From Phoronis australis (taxonomy: Eukaryota > Animalia > Phoronida), in NCBI GenBank assembly GCA_002633005.1, contig NMRA01000506.1:144069-208068 (forward strand): a DNA stretch of 64,000 bases, read 5' to 3'. The notes below the pieces were generated by a model. The model did no database searches and had not been told where the DNA came from. It worked only from the letters and a program-made list of their open reading frames with translations. The translations under genes and the position numbers were made by a program. Below are positions 13,351 through 28,259 of this stretch, in pieces. Within the stretch, counting starts at the first letter, position 1. Every line of letters starts with the position of its first letter.

Positions 13351-16300
13351 AAACTATGTGAATGATTGTTGCTGTAGAGATTACATCGACGTCCCAACTG
13401 AAAATAATTATCAATAGCTGAACCCAAATAAATCATCTTTGGCTAATTTTTATTCCATTTCCTTGGTGAGTGAAATGATCCCAACTTCAATTTTCATGAG
13501 GAATTCAATGTCAGAAGTCAAATAGTTCAGAAAATCACCAGCTTTCGGACCACGATATTACAATAATTGTCCATTTATTTTGCACAAAAATAATTCCCAA
13601 TATTTTTGTTTTTACAATTTTCAAGGCCTCAGATGATGTTACTCTAAATAATAGAAACGTTTCATTACCAAATGTTGTTTTGTGATATCTAAACACTACA
13701 GATCACTCTGCTAATAGACCAAAATGTTCTTAATCTTTACCATGAAAAGATTCCTAATTGCTGGCAAACTCATCGGTCGAGTTTGGGCATTTCAACAGAG
13801 GTTCGCCAACCTTAAAAGCTGTCAATAAAGAAACCAACCTGAGCTTCGGCTGATGTTCTCATTCTCTGGAGGTAAACATGGATAATCAGGAACAGAATTG
13901 CCAATCATAAACATGGCTGTAAACACTGGGGGCGACAATAGTATTTTTTAAATTCTTATTTTAAAAGTTTAATTTTTAAATAGTGTATTTGAATAGTTCA
14001 GGAAAAGGACACATGCTTAGGCATTGAATTTTGATAATTGGACAAGAAATGTGACTTTCATAACCTAAAACTAGAATCAGTCCACAGTCACTATTCTGCT
14101 GGGCACGCAACATTGGCCACATTTACATGGGAGACAGGGGTCACTGAGCAACAAACACGGAGCAGCTGATCAGCCTGAGGCACAAGTGTGTACGTAAACA
14201 TGACTGACACAGAGCAAGTTGACACCGTGGCAGCCATTTCTGACACCGGTTAGAGAGGCTGAGCAAGGTAAACTCGATCAGTTGCTCCAGTTTCAACTAA
14301 ACGTCTCATAGCGGATATATATGGGTAATTCGGAATTCCGTAGCATTCCATGTGGTATGGATGTTCGCTATTGTTTATGCAAGCATGCGCAGTCTTCAGT
14401 AAATGACTCATGCTGATCTGGTTTGCGATCTAGTGTGATGTAAATGTGACATAAGCTGCTTTTGTATTAGAGTTAGTCGGACTAACTTGCAGTCCGAACA
14501 TATTTTAGATCAGCGTGATAATCTACTGCACCAAATTGTCACCATTCTCGCTAGACCAGACTAACATTCCACCATCCTAACTTTAAAGCTTCATCACACT
14601 TAACACAAGATGTCGCTACGCTGTACCGCAATACGGATCCGACTATAAATTGCCACTTATATTCTAAATTTGAGACAATTATTTAACTTTAAAATTGTAT
14701 TGTGAACAGTGAGTAGACAGAAATAGCACCTACGTCGAGAGTGCGAAGAGATTGGAAGAACTCCGCACTAGCGTGAAATGGGGAGATAAGTCGAGGAAAA
14801 TAGTCCTGACCAAACCTTTCGCATTGCACTTACATAATCGGACCAACTTTGGTACACTCACTAGTTCGGTCTTTTCGAGTGTACTAACTTTAGTACCGTA
14901 CTCATTCAGAATCACCAGGTCTAAATCACCTTTCACACTGGTTCTAAATGCTTGTGGCCGATAAACAATGTTAGCCTATCATAATGCAAAAGGCCCGCTA
15001 ACGGAGCAAGTCATGCCATGACAACTCGTACTGTGACAACCTGTTCCCTGAGTAAAAACAGCTATAATGGGCCAATTACCAAGTATCATAAACCAGTTAA
15101 ATGAGTTGGAAATTGTCAATGAGAAAAGCCTGGTGTCATCCTACAATTCTGGACATGACTCCTTTGGAGAAATTTTACATAATAGAATTTTACTTATCCG
15201 CCAAATTCTGAGGTCAAGAAATAAGGAATTACGAAACACAAATTGATTTTCACAAAGTCAATATGTTGGCTTTCCAGAAACCCAAAAATGCAATAATGCC
15301 CGAAGCGAAGCAAGGTCATTATGACATTTTGGAGTCTGATAACCAAAATACTGAATGAGTGTGAAAGTCACTAAATGTTCATTTATACAATTATGTGCGA
15401 TTAGTAATTCATGGAAGTGGGTAATGTTTCGGTTTTTGATTGTATATCGATTACTCGTTCAGTCAGTCAGCTACCATTTTTTATCCATTGAAAGGTTATG
15501 CAAAGATATAATGCTGAAACAAATTCCAGGAGATGCTCGAAATTTACAAAGGAGCAAACAATTAGATTTTACAAAAGATATATGAAATAGAAGTAACTGA
15601 ATTATTAAAACCAAGAAAGCAGAATTGATGGTCAAATAATTACTTGTGAATGTGTGCAAGGGAGTGAATGAGAACCTGGATATAATGTGAAAGCGATTGC
15701 TGGGGCTATGCTCGTTTTTATTTTTTTTTTCAAAATTTAAAAAATGGTCAAATAATTTTATTTTCAAATACGAACCTGGTTTTTTATTTTAATGAAAAGT
15801 TATTTAATAACATCAGTTATTCTTTCAGATCAATGACAAATCAACTGTTAGTCCCTGTAGTCCCTACCTCACCAGGACATAGGCTATGCTTGATGTTAAT
15901 GTTCTTGATCAACAAATTAAACCAGAATTGTGACTAAATGCACATGACAGCAAAATGTGATGAGCCACTACTGTCCACTGGTCAACAATACAAGCAGATG
16001 ACCTGGTTCGTGTAGAAAGCATTTTTGTCAACAATTAACAAGAAGCATAACTCTGCATTCAGCACAATACCTTGTCCGCAACACTACGATTGCAGCAATT
16101 TGGTCATATTTACTTTTCATGTTTCGAACCTAGTTTTTCGAAAAAACCCTTTCGTCAGACAACTCTTTGGTGCATTGACTTGTTCTCTAATATATTTTCC
16201 TATGTCTCTGTGGTTAATTATCGACACATTTTTAAGATTTAATATCCAGGTTGGACTCGAAAGACCGCCCATTTAACTCACGCAATGTCAACTTCCACTG

Positions 16301-16384
16301 TTTATCGCAGTGACCTCGCTTTGGATTTTAATGTCTGCCGCGTGAATTAGGTCTATATGCATCTAGGAGTGTTTTTAGTTTCAG

Positions 16385-16545
16385 AAAAGGGCGCTAGGTG
16401 GTGCAGAACATGTCAATACTGTTAAAAATAAAAGGCTTATCGTCTTCCTAATAGACACTTATTTGCCAATTTCCTGGATAATTCATTAAGAAACTCCGAA
16501 GATACAGAGACAAATTTTAATAGGCACAGCGATAGTCAGATCTGC
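16385..16545 (-). mobile_element. fragment of the HINE family 1 core repeat
   Basis: gcgctaggtggtgc...taatagacacttatttgccaattt...gaagatacagag matches the core units at 48969-49100 and 60099-60240. Confidence 0.7.
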
Positions 16546-17614
16546 CCATAGTCAAGGAGTGTCCCAATACAGCGGTTTGACAGATAGAGGTGTTACTGAA
16601 CTACTGTGCACTACTACTGCATTCTAGATGGTAAGCCTATTATTATATTGTCAAAAATCCTTCGATGTTGTTTTTGACTCTTCCATTTTGGGCTTGTAGA
16701 GGGTAACTAGTCTGTATAACGGTTAAGAATTTTGGGTACCTTTTCTGTACAGAGGGCAATTGATGAACCTACACAGAAGAGAACCTTGTTCACTCAGCTT
16801 CTACAAACACCTGAAATCGCATTTTTCAAAAAGGCAGCCAACTTTGTCAACTATGGAAAAGTCAGTTTGGTAAAGATTTTTAATTAATACTCTTACTACT
16901 AATTAAAAACACTAATTCAAAAAGCTTCAGAACATTACTACCCAGGCTACCATTATGTTTTTTCATCCCTCACTAAATGAACTTAACCGCTTAGCATGTC
17001 TAGCAGTATGTTTTTTCATCCCCAGCAATAAATAAACTCAACCGTTTAGCTGCTCTTTGCATGCTCCCCATCTCCATGCAGCTGAAGGGGACATGACTGT
17101 GGACAAGCCAAAATATCTCCATAACTTAAATAGATCAAAATTATGTAGAGTAAATAATACTTAAGTGCTCAGTAAAATGACTAACATTGCATAGTTCTGC
17201 GTTACCAATGGCAGCAAAGTTAAGACGACCTTTTGGTAAAATTTAATGTAATGCTTCACCATGTCCGTTACTTTCTTTGCACAAGATAAAACATATGGTA
17301 TAATCTCACTGTCGGACAAACAGAATCGTCAAAAGTTCCCCGTTTCATATTTCATGGTCTTCTAACACTGTGGCGAATGCACATATTTTTTGAAAATATT
17401 GTTTGAGGTAGCCGTGAATACGGGAAAGCACAATATGGAAGAAACAAGAAAATAAAATTTCAATTGTGGGCCACATTGTTCCTTAAAATTGGAGACATTT
17501 TACGGTACCAACAAAAACATTGGAACCGCATTGGTATGTTAATCTATAAGTACTTGCAACTACAATACCAGCCTCATCACTGAAAGCATCAAGTGTAATC
17601 TGTCCAACACTTAC

Positions 17615-17750
17615 CTTGTAGGCTGTGAGGGACTGGTGGTCTCTGTGTTGGTCACATTGACAGAGAGAGGGCCCACTGACTGGGATACGTGCCGAAAATT
17701 CGACTTGGACGATTCACACTGCAACATCAAACTCTCTAACTCTCGAAGTC
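17615..17750 (-). CDS. internal coding exon (136 nt) of a large minus-strand gene: (G)LRELESLMLQCESSKSNFRHVSQSVGPLSVNVTNTETTSPSQPT
   Basis: Strong acceptor tttcatttttttcag| and consensus donor AAG|gtaagt. GC is raised relative to the flanks, with 44 open codons (phase 1 in, phase 2 out). Product not securely identified. Confidence 0.75.
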
Positions 17751-20691
17751 CTGAAAAAAATGAAAACAGTATGGTAAATCTCCAACACTTCTTTTGGACA
17801 AATTTAATTGCCGAAACTCATTTTTCATTTTTCAAAGGCTTCTAACTGATTGTTTTTAACGCCCGCAGTTGCTCAGAACCATTTTCTGATTTTGTTTGTG
17901 GTATAAATGATACGAAATTTAGTTAGTGTTACCTATTTCCCATTAAAACAAGGAAAATAAGATTTCAGTGGTCAGGCCATCTTGTGTGTTGAGATTTTAC
18001 AGTATTAAGACAAAATTTTGAAAAAATTAAACATCTTAAATCAAATTGACTGGAAACGTAGAACATCAAAATACAGAAGTTTCGAAAAGGCGCTATCGGG
18101 AGATAAGATAATTTTTCGATTACTTTGCATTAACCAAAATTGACAAAATTAGAATTTTTCTATTTTTCAATGGCTGATTAGCATACTGCAAACAACGGAA
18201 ACTTACCAAACGTTGTTTTTATGACATCTGTTCAATCCATGGTCATAATATAGACTACAATTTTCTCAATCTTTCTTTTATTGAAAATTTGGAAAAAAGA
18301 CGACATATCGAATGCTAAATAAATGAAGAATTACCATGCTTTGCCGTACAAATAAGATTGAAGAAAAAGTGACACGGTGGTTGTAAAAAAACATTGTGGA
18401 CTACTTTTCCTGTAAGGTGGTTTTGCTGTCCATTTTTTGTAAATATAAATATACCACAGTGATAGTTTTATTTTTAGTAACAGATGCAGTTTTCCAGATT
18501 TTCCAGAATTCGATCCTCACGTGCCAAGCTTTGGGAATTTTTGACACCCATGCAGCATGGCGGGAAATTAGAATGTGACATGCTGCCACCTCGCACCAAT
18601 ATCCTGTTGGGCAATCAATCATGGGGGCAGACCATTAATCTAGAAAATCAGTAAAGAGACATTGATTCTGCAGATTTGATAAATGAGTTTGTCATTCAAT
18701 TTGCCCCCACTTGTCAGATCCTTGAGTATATCCAGTATTACTTAGGTGTCATAGACTTTTGTTAATTTTTTGTTGATTGCCGCCATTATGATATTAGCGC
18801 AAAGGTTGCTGGGAAAAACTTTTGGTGTTCAGAGGAGATTCCCAAACAACACTCTTGTAAGATGCTGTGTGATAACCAGAGTGACCAAAGGGCAGGTATG
18901 TTCACATCCAGTTATGGGTTTTAATTATCAATTGCAGACTTAGTAAGGTGACGAAAGTATACCAAGGTGATCAAATTTCCTTCATAAGATAAGTGCATGC
19001 ATAACACTTTTTAATAAAAATGCACTCCGCCACAATTTGAAAGATGTTTCTAAAATGGACATAAAAGGTTTTAGTGAAATAGTTTGAGTTTATCTGATAA
19101 TTCATCTTCCAAACAATACCAGCTGATCTTTGTGTCTTTTAAGTTATTTAGTTTTCCATTTGAATTTAAACCAACAACCTGTTTTAATTTCAGAAATGTC
19201 TGAAACAGCGCTCCTGAGCGAGTACTTTTTCTGAATATCTGCTGATGGAAATAGGGGCATTCTTTCAGAAACAAGTTATGTTTCGAATGCTAGACATAAC
19301 TGCACACCATGTGCAAGATATTAGAATATTTCATTAACAGTGAAAAGATGCTTTGTTACTCCATCAATACAAAAAACAAATTGACGTGAACAACAACATT
19401 CTTTAACCAACACAGGATTTTCATCATCACAAACACAAAGGTTACAATTTAATCTATAAGTTTAAATTGTTGGCTAAAAAACACCGATGGATTAAATCTG
19501 ACTTAATACGCAGAATTTTCTAAAAAATCACTAAAACCTTTCTTAAATCCAGTTTGTACAAGCTACTTCTTCTGACGCTCTTTTATGGGTGCAATTTTTG
19601 GAAATTCCCAATAGATGTTATGATAAGCCTACAATTTCCAACTGGAAAGGAAACGTACGATGCGGCAATCTGGACATAAAATAGTGTGCTACACTCTTTC
19701 GCAGTGCTACGAAAGGTAGCACTGTGGAATGTTGTTTATCATGGCTTCTCACTGGAAACCAACGTCATAACATTCAATCATTCCCATTGGTTGAAATCTG
19801 GGAAACCTCTTTCAGTTTACTGTTACGTAGTATGTCGACCACCATTGACTTGAATAGTTGAAATTTATTAAAACATGCAGTGATCGAAGTAAACAAAATC
19901 AAAGGAACCCCAATCCAGTGGCTATTGGCCAAACAATATGGATGAGAAGGAGTCCAGAGGCAATGAAACAGGAAAATATATGATAAACCACTTTAATCCA
20001 AAATAGAACAAATGTTAAGGAACGCATAATTGGCAACATTAAATCAATTAAATATATGTCTAATGTCCAGACAGACAAGACGTTTCAGGTCTTCCGTGAC
20101 GCGCGGATATTACTATTTTCGAACTTTGTGGCGTGACAGAAAATCAATAACGAAAAATAAAGCAACTTGTTTCTTACATCAATGAAGGCTATTTGTTAGT
20201 TATGCTAGCATCAAAAAGTTGATTTCACCAGGTGTGATCCCGATATTCGCCAACTGCTTTTGGCGCTTTGGAGCTTTGTCTAACTATAGCATCAGAATGT
20301 CCTGCTTTGTGACTCATGCAACAAAAATTACGTTAAGCAAATATGTCAATTTCAAACCCCACCTAGAGGACCAGCCGTTCAGTGTGCATCTCAACCTTGT
20401 CCAGTTTTCTGTTGTGAAAATACAGACAGCATCATGCTGTTCATGGACTTCCTCTGTAGGTTTGAGGTTTGGTTGACTCATGCTGCAAATCAACTTTGCC
20501 TGGTTTCAATGAAACATTGTTTATAGGTATTTTTCTGTTGTCATCATTGTAAACAAATGCTCATAATTGGTTTTTGAAGCATCAAAATTAACCCAAAATT
20601 ACAACTTGTGCTAAAATCAATTCTAAGAGACCTCCAGCACACTGTCCAAAACACATGGCTCATAAACACAAGAAGATGCTACCAGTGTAAT

Positions 20692-21081
20692 AGGGCCGTC
20701 TCGGATTACACGGCAATAGAACTCTCCTTTGTCCCGGAGATGAGAAAGCACGTGACCTAGTTTTGGAAATCGGGCACATTTTCGTGTCTCTCATTGATGT
20801 CGGGAAGGCGAAGAATCATATCCATGGGAATTTGTCCAGTTTATCAAACTTTTTCATGTCGAAGTTGCAGCCCACGGAACAGCAATAATACTTCAATGGC
20901 ATTGGAAGGACGAATAGAATAATGCAACCGAGAAAAATTTGTAAAGAATCAGACAACAAACAACATGCGAAACTCCAACTTGGCATGAGAACAAGGCAGC
21001 AAATGTACCTGACAAATGTTTACGGCACTGTGGGTAAATACAGCGAATTTCGAGTGTCGCTGGGAAATCCGGGACGGCCTT
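20692..21081. mobile_element. MITE, possibly PIF/Harbinger-type
   Basis: TIRs agggccgtctcggatt / aatccgggacggcctt. Confidence 0.7.
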
Positions 21082-22111
21082 ATCGATGTGGACTGAAGAC
21101 AATCATTTGAGGCCACCCTTACGTAACCTGTCTGATCGTGACTCCTGTTTTGTGAACACTTTGAGTTTTAATACTTCACCTTATGATGTATTCAAGGACA
21201 TTTTTGTGTCTTCCATGCAATTTACCCCAGTTGCCGATTCCATGTCACAGACGTGGCTAAAAACAACATCAAGAATGTTTCTGGGTGTTGCAACTTGCAG
21301 TGCGGCCTAGATCCAGGTGATCCGCTTTTTTGTAAGTGAACGTTGGCAACTATGGTTGGTTATGAGATAGTTAACAGGATGATGTCAGTAAGAGTACCCA
21401 CAAACAACACCACCATTTTACTTAGCAGAACAGTAAATGAGTAGATCGGTATTCACTATCAGCAAATGGCAAGTCTCTCAAACAGCTTTTTACAAAAAAG
21501 TAGGAATAGGCAGGAATGGCACGTCTCAAAAAGCAGGAAAAAGATAAGAACAAGTAGGAAAAAGTAAGAAAAAGTTGAGAAAAAGTTGGAAAAACTTACG
21601 AACAGTATAGAATGACCATTGCATAATATTTACAAGTTGAATTTGTGAAATCCTAATGCACACAAACTTTTATTGGATTATGCCCCAAGATTGTAATCCA
21701 GAAAGAAATTGCAGAGATATTTTTGTATCACTGATGCAAAAAAAATGTCACTGACGCACTACGTTCGTTCATTTCACGTCACCCGACACATTAAAACTGT
21801 GTCGACAACCACGCCTTATGTTGTTTTTTTTTGTCGTGGGAATAATTATGAACTAAAAAAAACATCTGATTGAAACAAATGACCAAAACAACAAACTCAA
21901 TATAAGTAAGCGATGCGGAATTCTAATACACTGTAAAACTGAAAATTCAAACAGCGATTGCAGTTGTGTCTAGACCAATCACTAGCCTCAAACAGAAAGT
22001 GACAAAATTACGCGCATGAAAGATGCTGCTGAAGAAAAAAATCCGAATGGAAAAGGAGAGCAAAAACTGACGTAAGTATAACTAAAATTAACGTACAATA
22101 CCGTATTGCTG

Positions 22112-22252
22112 TGACGTGCCATTAGGCCCATAGGCATCTGTGCGGAACTGCGGTTACAGTTATGCGAAACTAATAGGCACATGCACTTGGGTAAAAAAGT
22201 TTGCAAAAAAGGGATCATTTCGGATATAGGCCAATGGGCTTAAAGGCGCGTC
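22112..22252. repeat. imperfect inverted repeat
   Basis: tgacgtgccattaggcccataggc pairs with gccaatgggcttaaaggcgcgtca. Confidence 0.65.
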
Positions 22253-22589
22253 AATTTTTTTTACCTAAACAACATTCAAGAAAAAAATGGACTCATCGGA
22301 GACAGCCCAAGAGTTATTATCTCTGCGGCGAAGGATGTTTCAAAGTTGTGTCTCCGATGAGTTGCCAGCAGTCACTGGCACGGTGCGCGTCTTTAGACGC
22401 TCTGCGGCTGGGTTTAAAATCTTTTATAGGCCTAACTATCCCCAATTCCCGTACCAGGATGAATTTCAAAAATATCTTGACTTGTTTGCGTCGGATGTGA
22501 TTTGCGACGTCTATGTTGAAAGTGCGCCATATTTTTTACCCTGATTTCCTTTGTTGGATTTCAGAAGATAATTCATATATTGCGACGAA

Positions 22590-22815
22590 GGCATCCAAAA
22601 TAATAATACAAAATTATCTACCATATTTCGTAAAAATACACAAAGGAACTCCGATTAGATACAGAGGCAAACATAAAAAATTCAGAAGGTTTGTTGATTG
22701 CAAAAAATTCTCATGCCTTTCCACTAGTTGCAGCCTCGATGTGGAAGAAAGAATCAGGATTGGTTTATTATGAGTGCAGGGTGATCACAAAATATTGAGT
22801 AAAGAAAGTCATTTA
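22590..22815 (+). repeat. unclassified interspersed repeat, inverted homolog at ~33310-33620
   Basis: tgcagcctcgatgtgga...agaatcagg...tgcaggggtgatcaca..atattgag..aagaaagtcatt is the reverse complement of 33310-33400. Confidence 0.75.
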
Positions 22816-23007
22816 ATTTTAGGAGAGTCCGGATTCCAAGACAAACCCAGCTGGTGAGGGTGGTCTGCTCTAAGCTGTGTGTAAAGCAATGAATGGAAAC
22901 GGAACACAAAACAAAGCATAAACTGATAGTTTTGGCTACTTGAGACAGTGCAACGGGGGTCTTTTGATTTGCCTTTTTTCAAGATGTCCAATTGCTAAAA
23001 ATATATT

Positions 23008-23398
23008 TACCGGGATTTTCCGTAGATAAGCTCATTGGCATGTATTCGTAAAATGAAAATTTCAGACATTTTAGTTACACAATATAAAAATGCTCGGGCT
23101 ATTTGGAAACAGTGGGTATGTAAATGAAAACTTATAGTTTTGGCGACGCAAAAGTCAGCTGTGTTTTTAAATTTCATGTTAATAAATGCATAGGTTGCAA
23201 ACGCTTCTTTTGGTTTTAGATAAATGCTCCACAAAATTGAATTTGTGACTAAAAGTTGACGCTGAGTGGGTTTTTAAGAAGAAATTTTCTGAATAAACGC
23301 TGCACCATCTGGACACTTGACACACCCATAGGCATTTATTAGTTATAATTTTCTGAATAATTACCCATGGCCGTTTCATCCGGTGGAAAATCCCGGTA
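23008..23398. mobile_element. TA-flanked Tc1/mariner-type MITE
   Basis: Perfect terminal match ta|ccgggattttcc ... ggaaaatcccgg|ta. Confidence 0.8.
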
Positions 23399-25867
23399 TA
23401 ATTGTCAAATGGCAAGTGTAAATCTGATCAGACAGTAACGATGCAATCAATGCAAAAACGTTGACTTTTTGATCTAGCATTCATCGTTAACTGAATCCAG
23501 CCATTGATTGCAACCAAATCATAGATTGCTGGCAGTTCAAAAGTTCAAGAAGTAGGCTGAAGTCATTAGAGCACTTAAAACATAAACGTCCAAAGAGCAC
23601 TCTACTTTGCTCGCCCTTAAAAGACAAAAGATAGGAACTGAAAAGTAAATCAAGAGCCATAATTTTGCACTTATACATCTTGATTGTACGGTACCGCCCA
23701 TGTTTTAAGAAAATATCGGAGACTTTCAAAACAACGTATTTCACGCCTACACAGGTAACATGGTGACGCAAAAATCAGATTATGGACACAGTGTTCATAC
23801 AAAAATATAGGTAATCCATCTTTGAACTCTGACAGAGCCCATTTATTCACAGCGACTACTACAAACTTCATAGGAAGTGCATTTGTTGTCATTTTAATCT
23901 CACTGACCTGCAGAACCAAAGGTCACGCAAGTACTCGAGTACTAAACATTAAGCAATAAGGAAGTAATCCCATAACCAATTATTCTAAATACTGTTTTTC
24001 AAAGTAAACTCTGAAGTACATTAATTCTTTGTGGCCGTGGCAACACTTACAATTTATCAACAAATAATAGCCCCTATGCAAATATCTGTTAAACAAGATG
24101 TTCATTAGAAGTCAGAGAGCATGCAAAACAAAGCTACGCAGTGCCATTCAATAAACACCACTCTTTCTGCAATGGACCAGTGTAACTTAAGCCATCTAAG
24201 AAAAAATTCTCTAATATTCCACACGGTCAAAAGTCTGTAGGTTGAACTAGAATTCTCCCGATACTAAAATTCGGAATGCAGGTCAGATTTTGAATTTTAT
24301 CGTATTTTTCAAATTCCACACAACTAGGTTTGCAAATAGAGTTTGAAGTTCCTAAAAAGTTCATGATTTTGTACATGGATAAATTTGCTGCCTTTTCCAA
24401 AATTCTATAATTTGTGTTGGCCAATATTTGAAATTTCTAATCGTACTTTCAAGCAGTTACATGTAAACAATAGGAGAAAACTAGGACTAGTTTTAAAAAG
24501 TTAAAAGTAGGTCAAAAACAGTAAACCTCAGGGAGTTACGGTAGTTTTCATTGACAATGGCCAGAATTGCATTAGAATTTCGGATAAAATACCAAAATGC
24601 CTGTTTTTCATTTTTAATAGCTTCTAACCCTGTTTTGAATACCCATATTCTTTCAAAATATTGTCTGAGTGTAGCCGTGGTACAAAACCTGAACATGGAA
24701 AAGCATGTAATTTGATGCCACATATCTTGCATGAAAAAAGCGGTACATAAAATTTCACTAGTAGGCCATATTGAATACTAAACTAGTGAAGTTTTACTGC
24801 ACAAACGCCATATCAGTCAGTACATACCACACTCATGAACAGCCTGCAAAATCAACTAACCCAAGTACCGGTCCTGTGCCATAAAGTAACACCCCTCTCA
24901 GGCTCCTTGATTCTAGAAGACAATGAACGTGAACACAGCCAACAATAGCTGCATCACTTCTAAGAATTTCGAAATCCTGGAAATGTTTCAGGAAAAATAA
25001 CGGGATAAATTCTTTCAACGGTTAGAAGGATTCCTGCTGACTGCCGGAATAACCGGTATTTTTGTTGCTTTCATTGGCAGGCATTGACACTATACAATAA
25101 CAAGCTGTGGTACCTCATGAATAAACTTTCCTGGTAATTCAGGCCAGGCAAGTTTGGTGGAATTCAGAATGCCGGGTAAATAGTGTCTCAATGTTTTCTG
25201 AATGATTTTTAGCTGAAAAAAAACCGGACTACTCATACAAAATTTCGCGTGACATTTTTGCCTTGAATGAGGTAACTAGTTTGTGATTGAAACTTGTTTT
25301 GATGTACCAGTCATGTACAAACATTACAAGAGCCTACTAGTTTAATTTTATGTTTGCAAAAAAGTGACCTTTGTCCTATATCTGACTGAACACTAAACAA
25401 GTAAAAACCAACACCTGTATACTACAGATGAAAAGTGTGAACCCTTTGCAGTCGATTATGAGTCCATTATAAGTACAATAGAAGGGAATGGAAGAACAAC
25501 CAATGGACAATGCTGAATATCACAGACATGTGACCTATGATGCAGTAAAATAGGATAAGAGTGAAGTCAAATTTCTGAAGAAAAATTCACCTAATGACCT
25601 TAAGGCCACCAAATGACCTCAAGATTTGGGATTGAAACTAGTTTGCAGGTAGAAATTACATACTAAAAAGGTGGCGCGTCCAAAATTTATGCTTCTACTA
25701 AGTGACCTTTGACCTACAAAATCTGCTTGGTTAACTGAACGTCTAAGAAAAGGTGTACCAGTAAATGGTTTGTTGTTTTAAACTTCTGAACTCAAGTTGA
25801 AAAGCAAATCTGAAGCTGCACCAAAAATAACAATAATTTAGAAATGTCATAACCTTTGCACCCGCCT

Positions 25868-26009
25868 ATTGATCTATCCCAGTCTCCGCCTCCTTGCGAA
25901 ATGTCGACAAACAAACAATCAGTTTTACCCGGCAACGGGGAAAATGGTGGCTTGGGAACGAAGGTGTGTCAAGAATTGCTCCGTTCTGATTGGTCAGTTA
26001 AGCCGTCAC
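25868..26009 (+). mobile_element. family A MITE, partial copy
   Basis: Aligns by eye to 44-200; the right TIR is missing. Confidence 0.8.
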
Positions 26010-28157
26010 GGTGCACCACGAGCCATAACACTGGCATATCAGTAAGGCAATCAAAAACTGTATATAAAGCCGAGACCGAGAGAGGCCTAAATGCTGATGC
26101 AGTGGAATGCAAGTTGAATGAAAAAATCAGAAAACAAATACATCTAATGACTCGATAAGTGCATTAAATATATAAATTTGAAGCCTCTGAATCAAAATTC
26201 ACATTTGCACCCAGTGACAGTTGACATTTGAAATCTGATTGGATTACATGGCTTTGGATAGTAATGCCTCTGATTGGCATGTAGGTTTACTCGGGTCCAC
26301 CAAAGTGGAAAAGCATGCCCGTAAGAGAAATAACATTTTTCAAAATTACACGTCCGTAATGTACTAATTGACCTCTTCCAGTGCACTTTGGAATATAAAA
26401 ATAATACTGGTGAACGACTTATTATTCCGTGAAATTTCAAAGAGTGATCTCCGGAATAAGATAAAAACCATAGAAAAGCACTCTGCGCTGGTATACACAG
26501 AGTAATGAAAACTGCATGAAATTTGTCTTCTGTCAAAGAATTTTGTAAAGAGGAGTATGGCAAATGCAGGCCAGACTTAAAGTGGGACTTGCAGGCTAAT
26601 TCTTTATCTCTGTGATTTCTTGGGCAAATTAGTTAGAAACACAGCATACAGCGACGATGTAAATATGAAGTAGGTTAAAAATTGCCAAATGTTTTTAAGA
26701 ATGAGTTTTGTAGCGAAAATGAACAGCCACAAATCACTGAACATTCCAGTAAGTATTGTGACATGGTGTTGGGAATAGCACGGCATGATGCGGGCTATAT
26801 CACTGAGCCCCAAGGTACGTCATTAGAGCAAAGGTCACCCATTTGCAGAATTTTTTGTTTTCACATTTACAAATTGTCAGTGAATACAACTGCACTTTGT
26901 TTAGTACAGATTATGTTAAAGTAGAATTTTTTGTTTAGTTCCTGCTATGCATCAGAATAGGATAAGACTTGGATAATTGTCTATGCTCATGAGCTTATCA
27001 AATGAAAATCAATTATTAATCTTACAGGTTCTACACATTTTACTGCAATTAATACTGAATTTGAAAAGTCAACAGTGACAGTACCTCACAAGAATATGAC
27101 ATACATTGTTTAGGGTAACAAATGCTGCAATTTACAAGCAACACAGTTTACACTACAGTATTTTGGGTGAATGGGCTTGTATTGCAAACAATAAGGGGCT
27201 GCTATTTACCTCAAAGTCAAATTGCCAAAGCAACACTTGGCAGAGCAAAACACTCATTTCAGTTGGCAACACCCAAAACCAACCCCTCCTTAATGAGAGT
27301 CTCCACAGGGAAAAGAAATGAATTTTAATGTGGCCTTCAATGAATCTTCACCTAAAGTGAAGGACAAACATTCAAGATAGCTATCTGTGTCCAATCCTCA
27401 GTCTATAATGACCTAGATGTCTCACAGACTCCAGAAAGATAACACTACATGATGTTTGAGAGAAATAGACAAAGAGAAGAAATAGCGAATATTAGGAATT
27501 TTTAATAAAAAGTGGGAATGTGTGAACGCCTCTTAACAAGCTCCAACCTGGAGTAAAATAAAGAATTTCTTTAATTGTCACCTACTTTTTAAACAATGTA
27601 TAGGGACATATTAAAGCAAGGGGACGAAACACTCATTCTGTGCAATATTCCACACTTTCAGTACGTTATAACGTACATCCAGGGTATATAAAGTTAAGCT
27701 CGTGTAATGTAATTCCCTCCAAATGTGACCCTCGTCTTTTTGAATGGAATTTGAAAGATTGAACGAGGATATTAGCCAAGGTACTGATATTACCCATTGA
27801 CGAATATTGTGCGGTATGAGTCATTTGCGAGGCATCACTGTTTTGGTACTACAAGTTTAAAAATAAAATAAATAAATATCAACCTGTTCCCGGTAAGAAC
27901 AAAAAACAAGCAGACAGGAGTACTAAAAATGAAATTACGAAAACCAGTATGAAACATATTTAAAACCACCGTTCCTTTGGGAAGTGGCCCTTGGTCAAGA
28001 TAAACACAAATTAACTTTTTTAGTCATTTTGAAATATTCAAATGTTACAAGTTAAAACTACTCACCACAGCTACAGGTTGTAACTCTGTGCAAATGCCAG
28101 AGGAAACTTATTTGGGTGTAACAACCACCATTGTTGAGACAGTACTGCTACTATTAC

Positions 28158-28180
28158 CTTTCCACTTCATTAGCTCAGAT
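28158..28180 (-). CDS. candidate alternative start micro-exon (ATG at 28170, MKWK, phase 1)
   Basis: ctttgtattgatgtag| acceptor and AAG|gtaata donor, in frame with exon 17615-17750. An alternative strong donor (GTG|gtgagt, exon end 28066) would give a non-coding exon instead. Confidence 0.3.
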
Positions 28181-28259
28181 CTACATCAATACAAAGAGCG
28201 TGCTGAATAGGCATCATAAAAGTTGCCTGGAATCTGAGGGGTGACCAGTGTAAGTGAGA

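Noticed and set aside
21505-21595. AAAAAGTAGG-type ~10-bp repeats
   Set aside because: Low-complexity purine-rich tract with no further structure.
22287-22544. 85-aa ATG-initiated ORF in CpG-rich sequence
   Set aside because: No recognisable domain or splice context, and it sits among repeat fragments.
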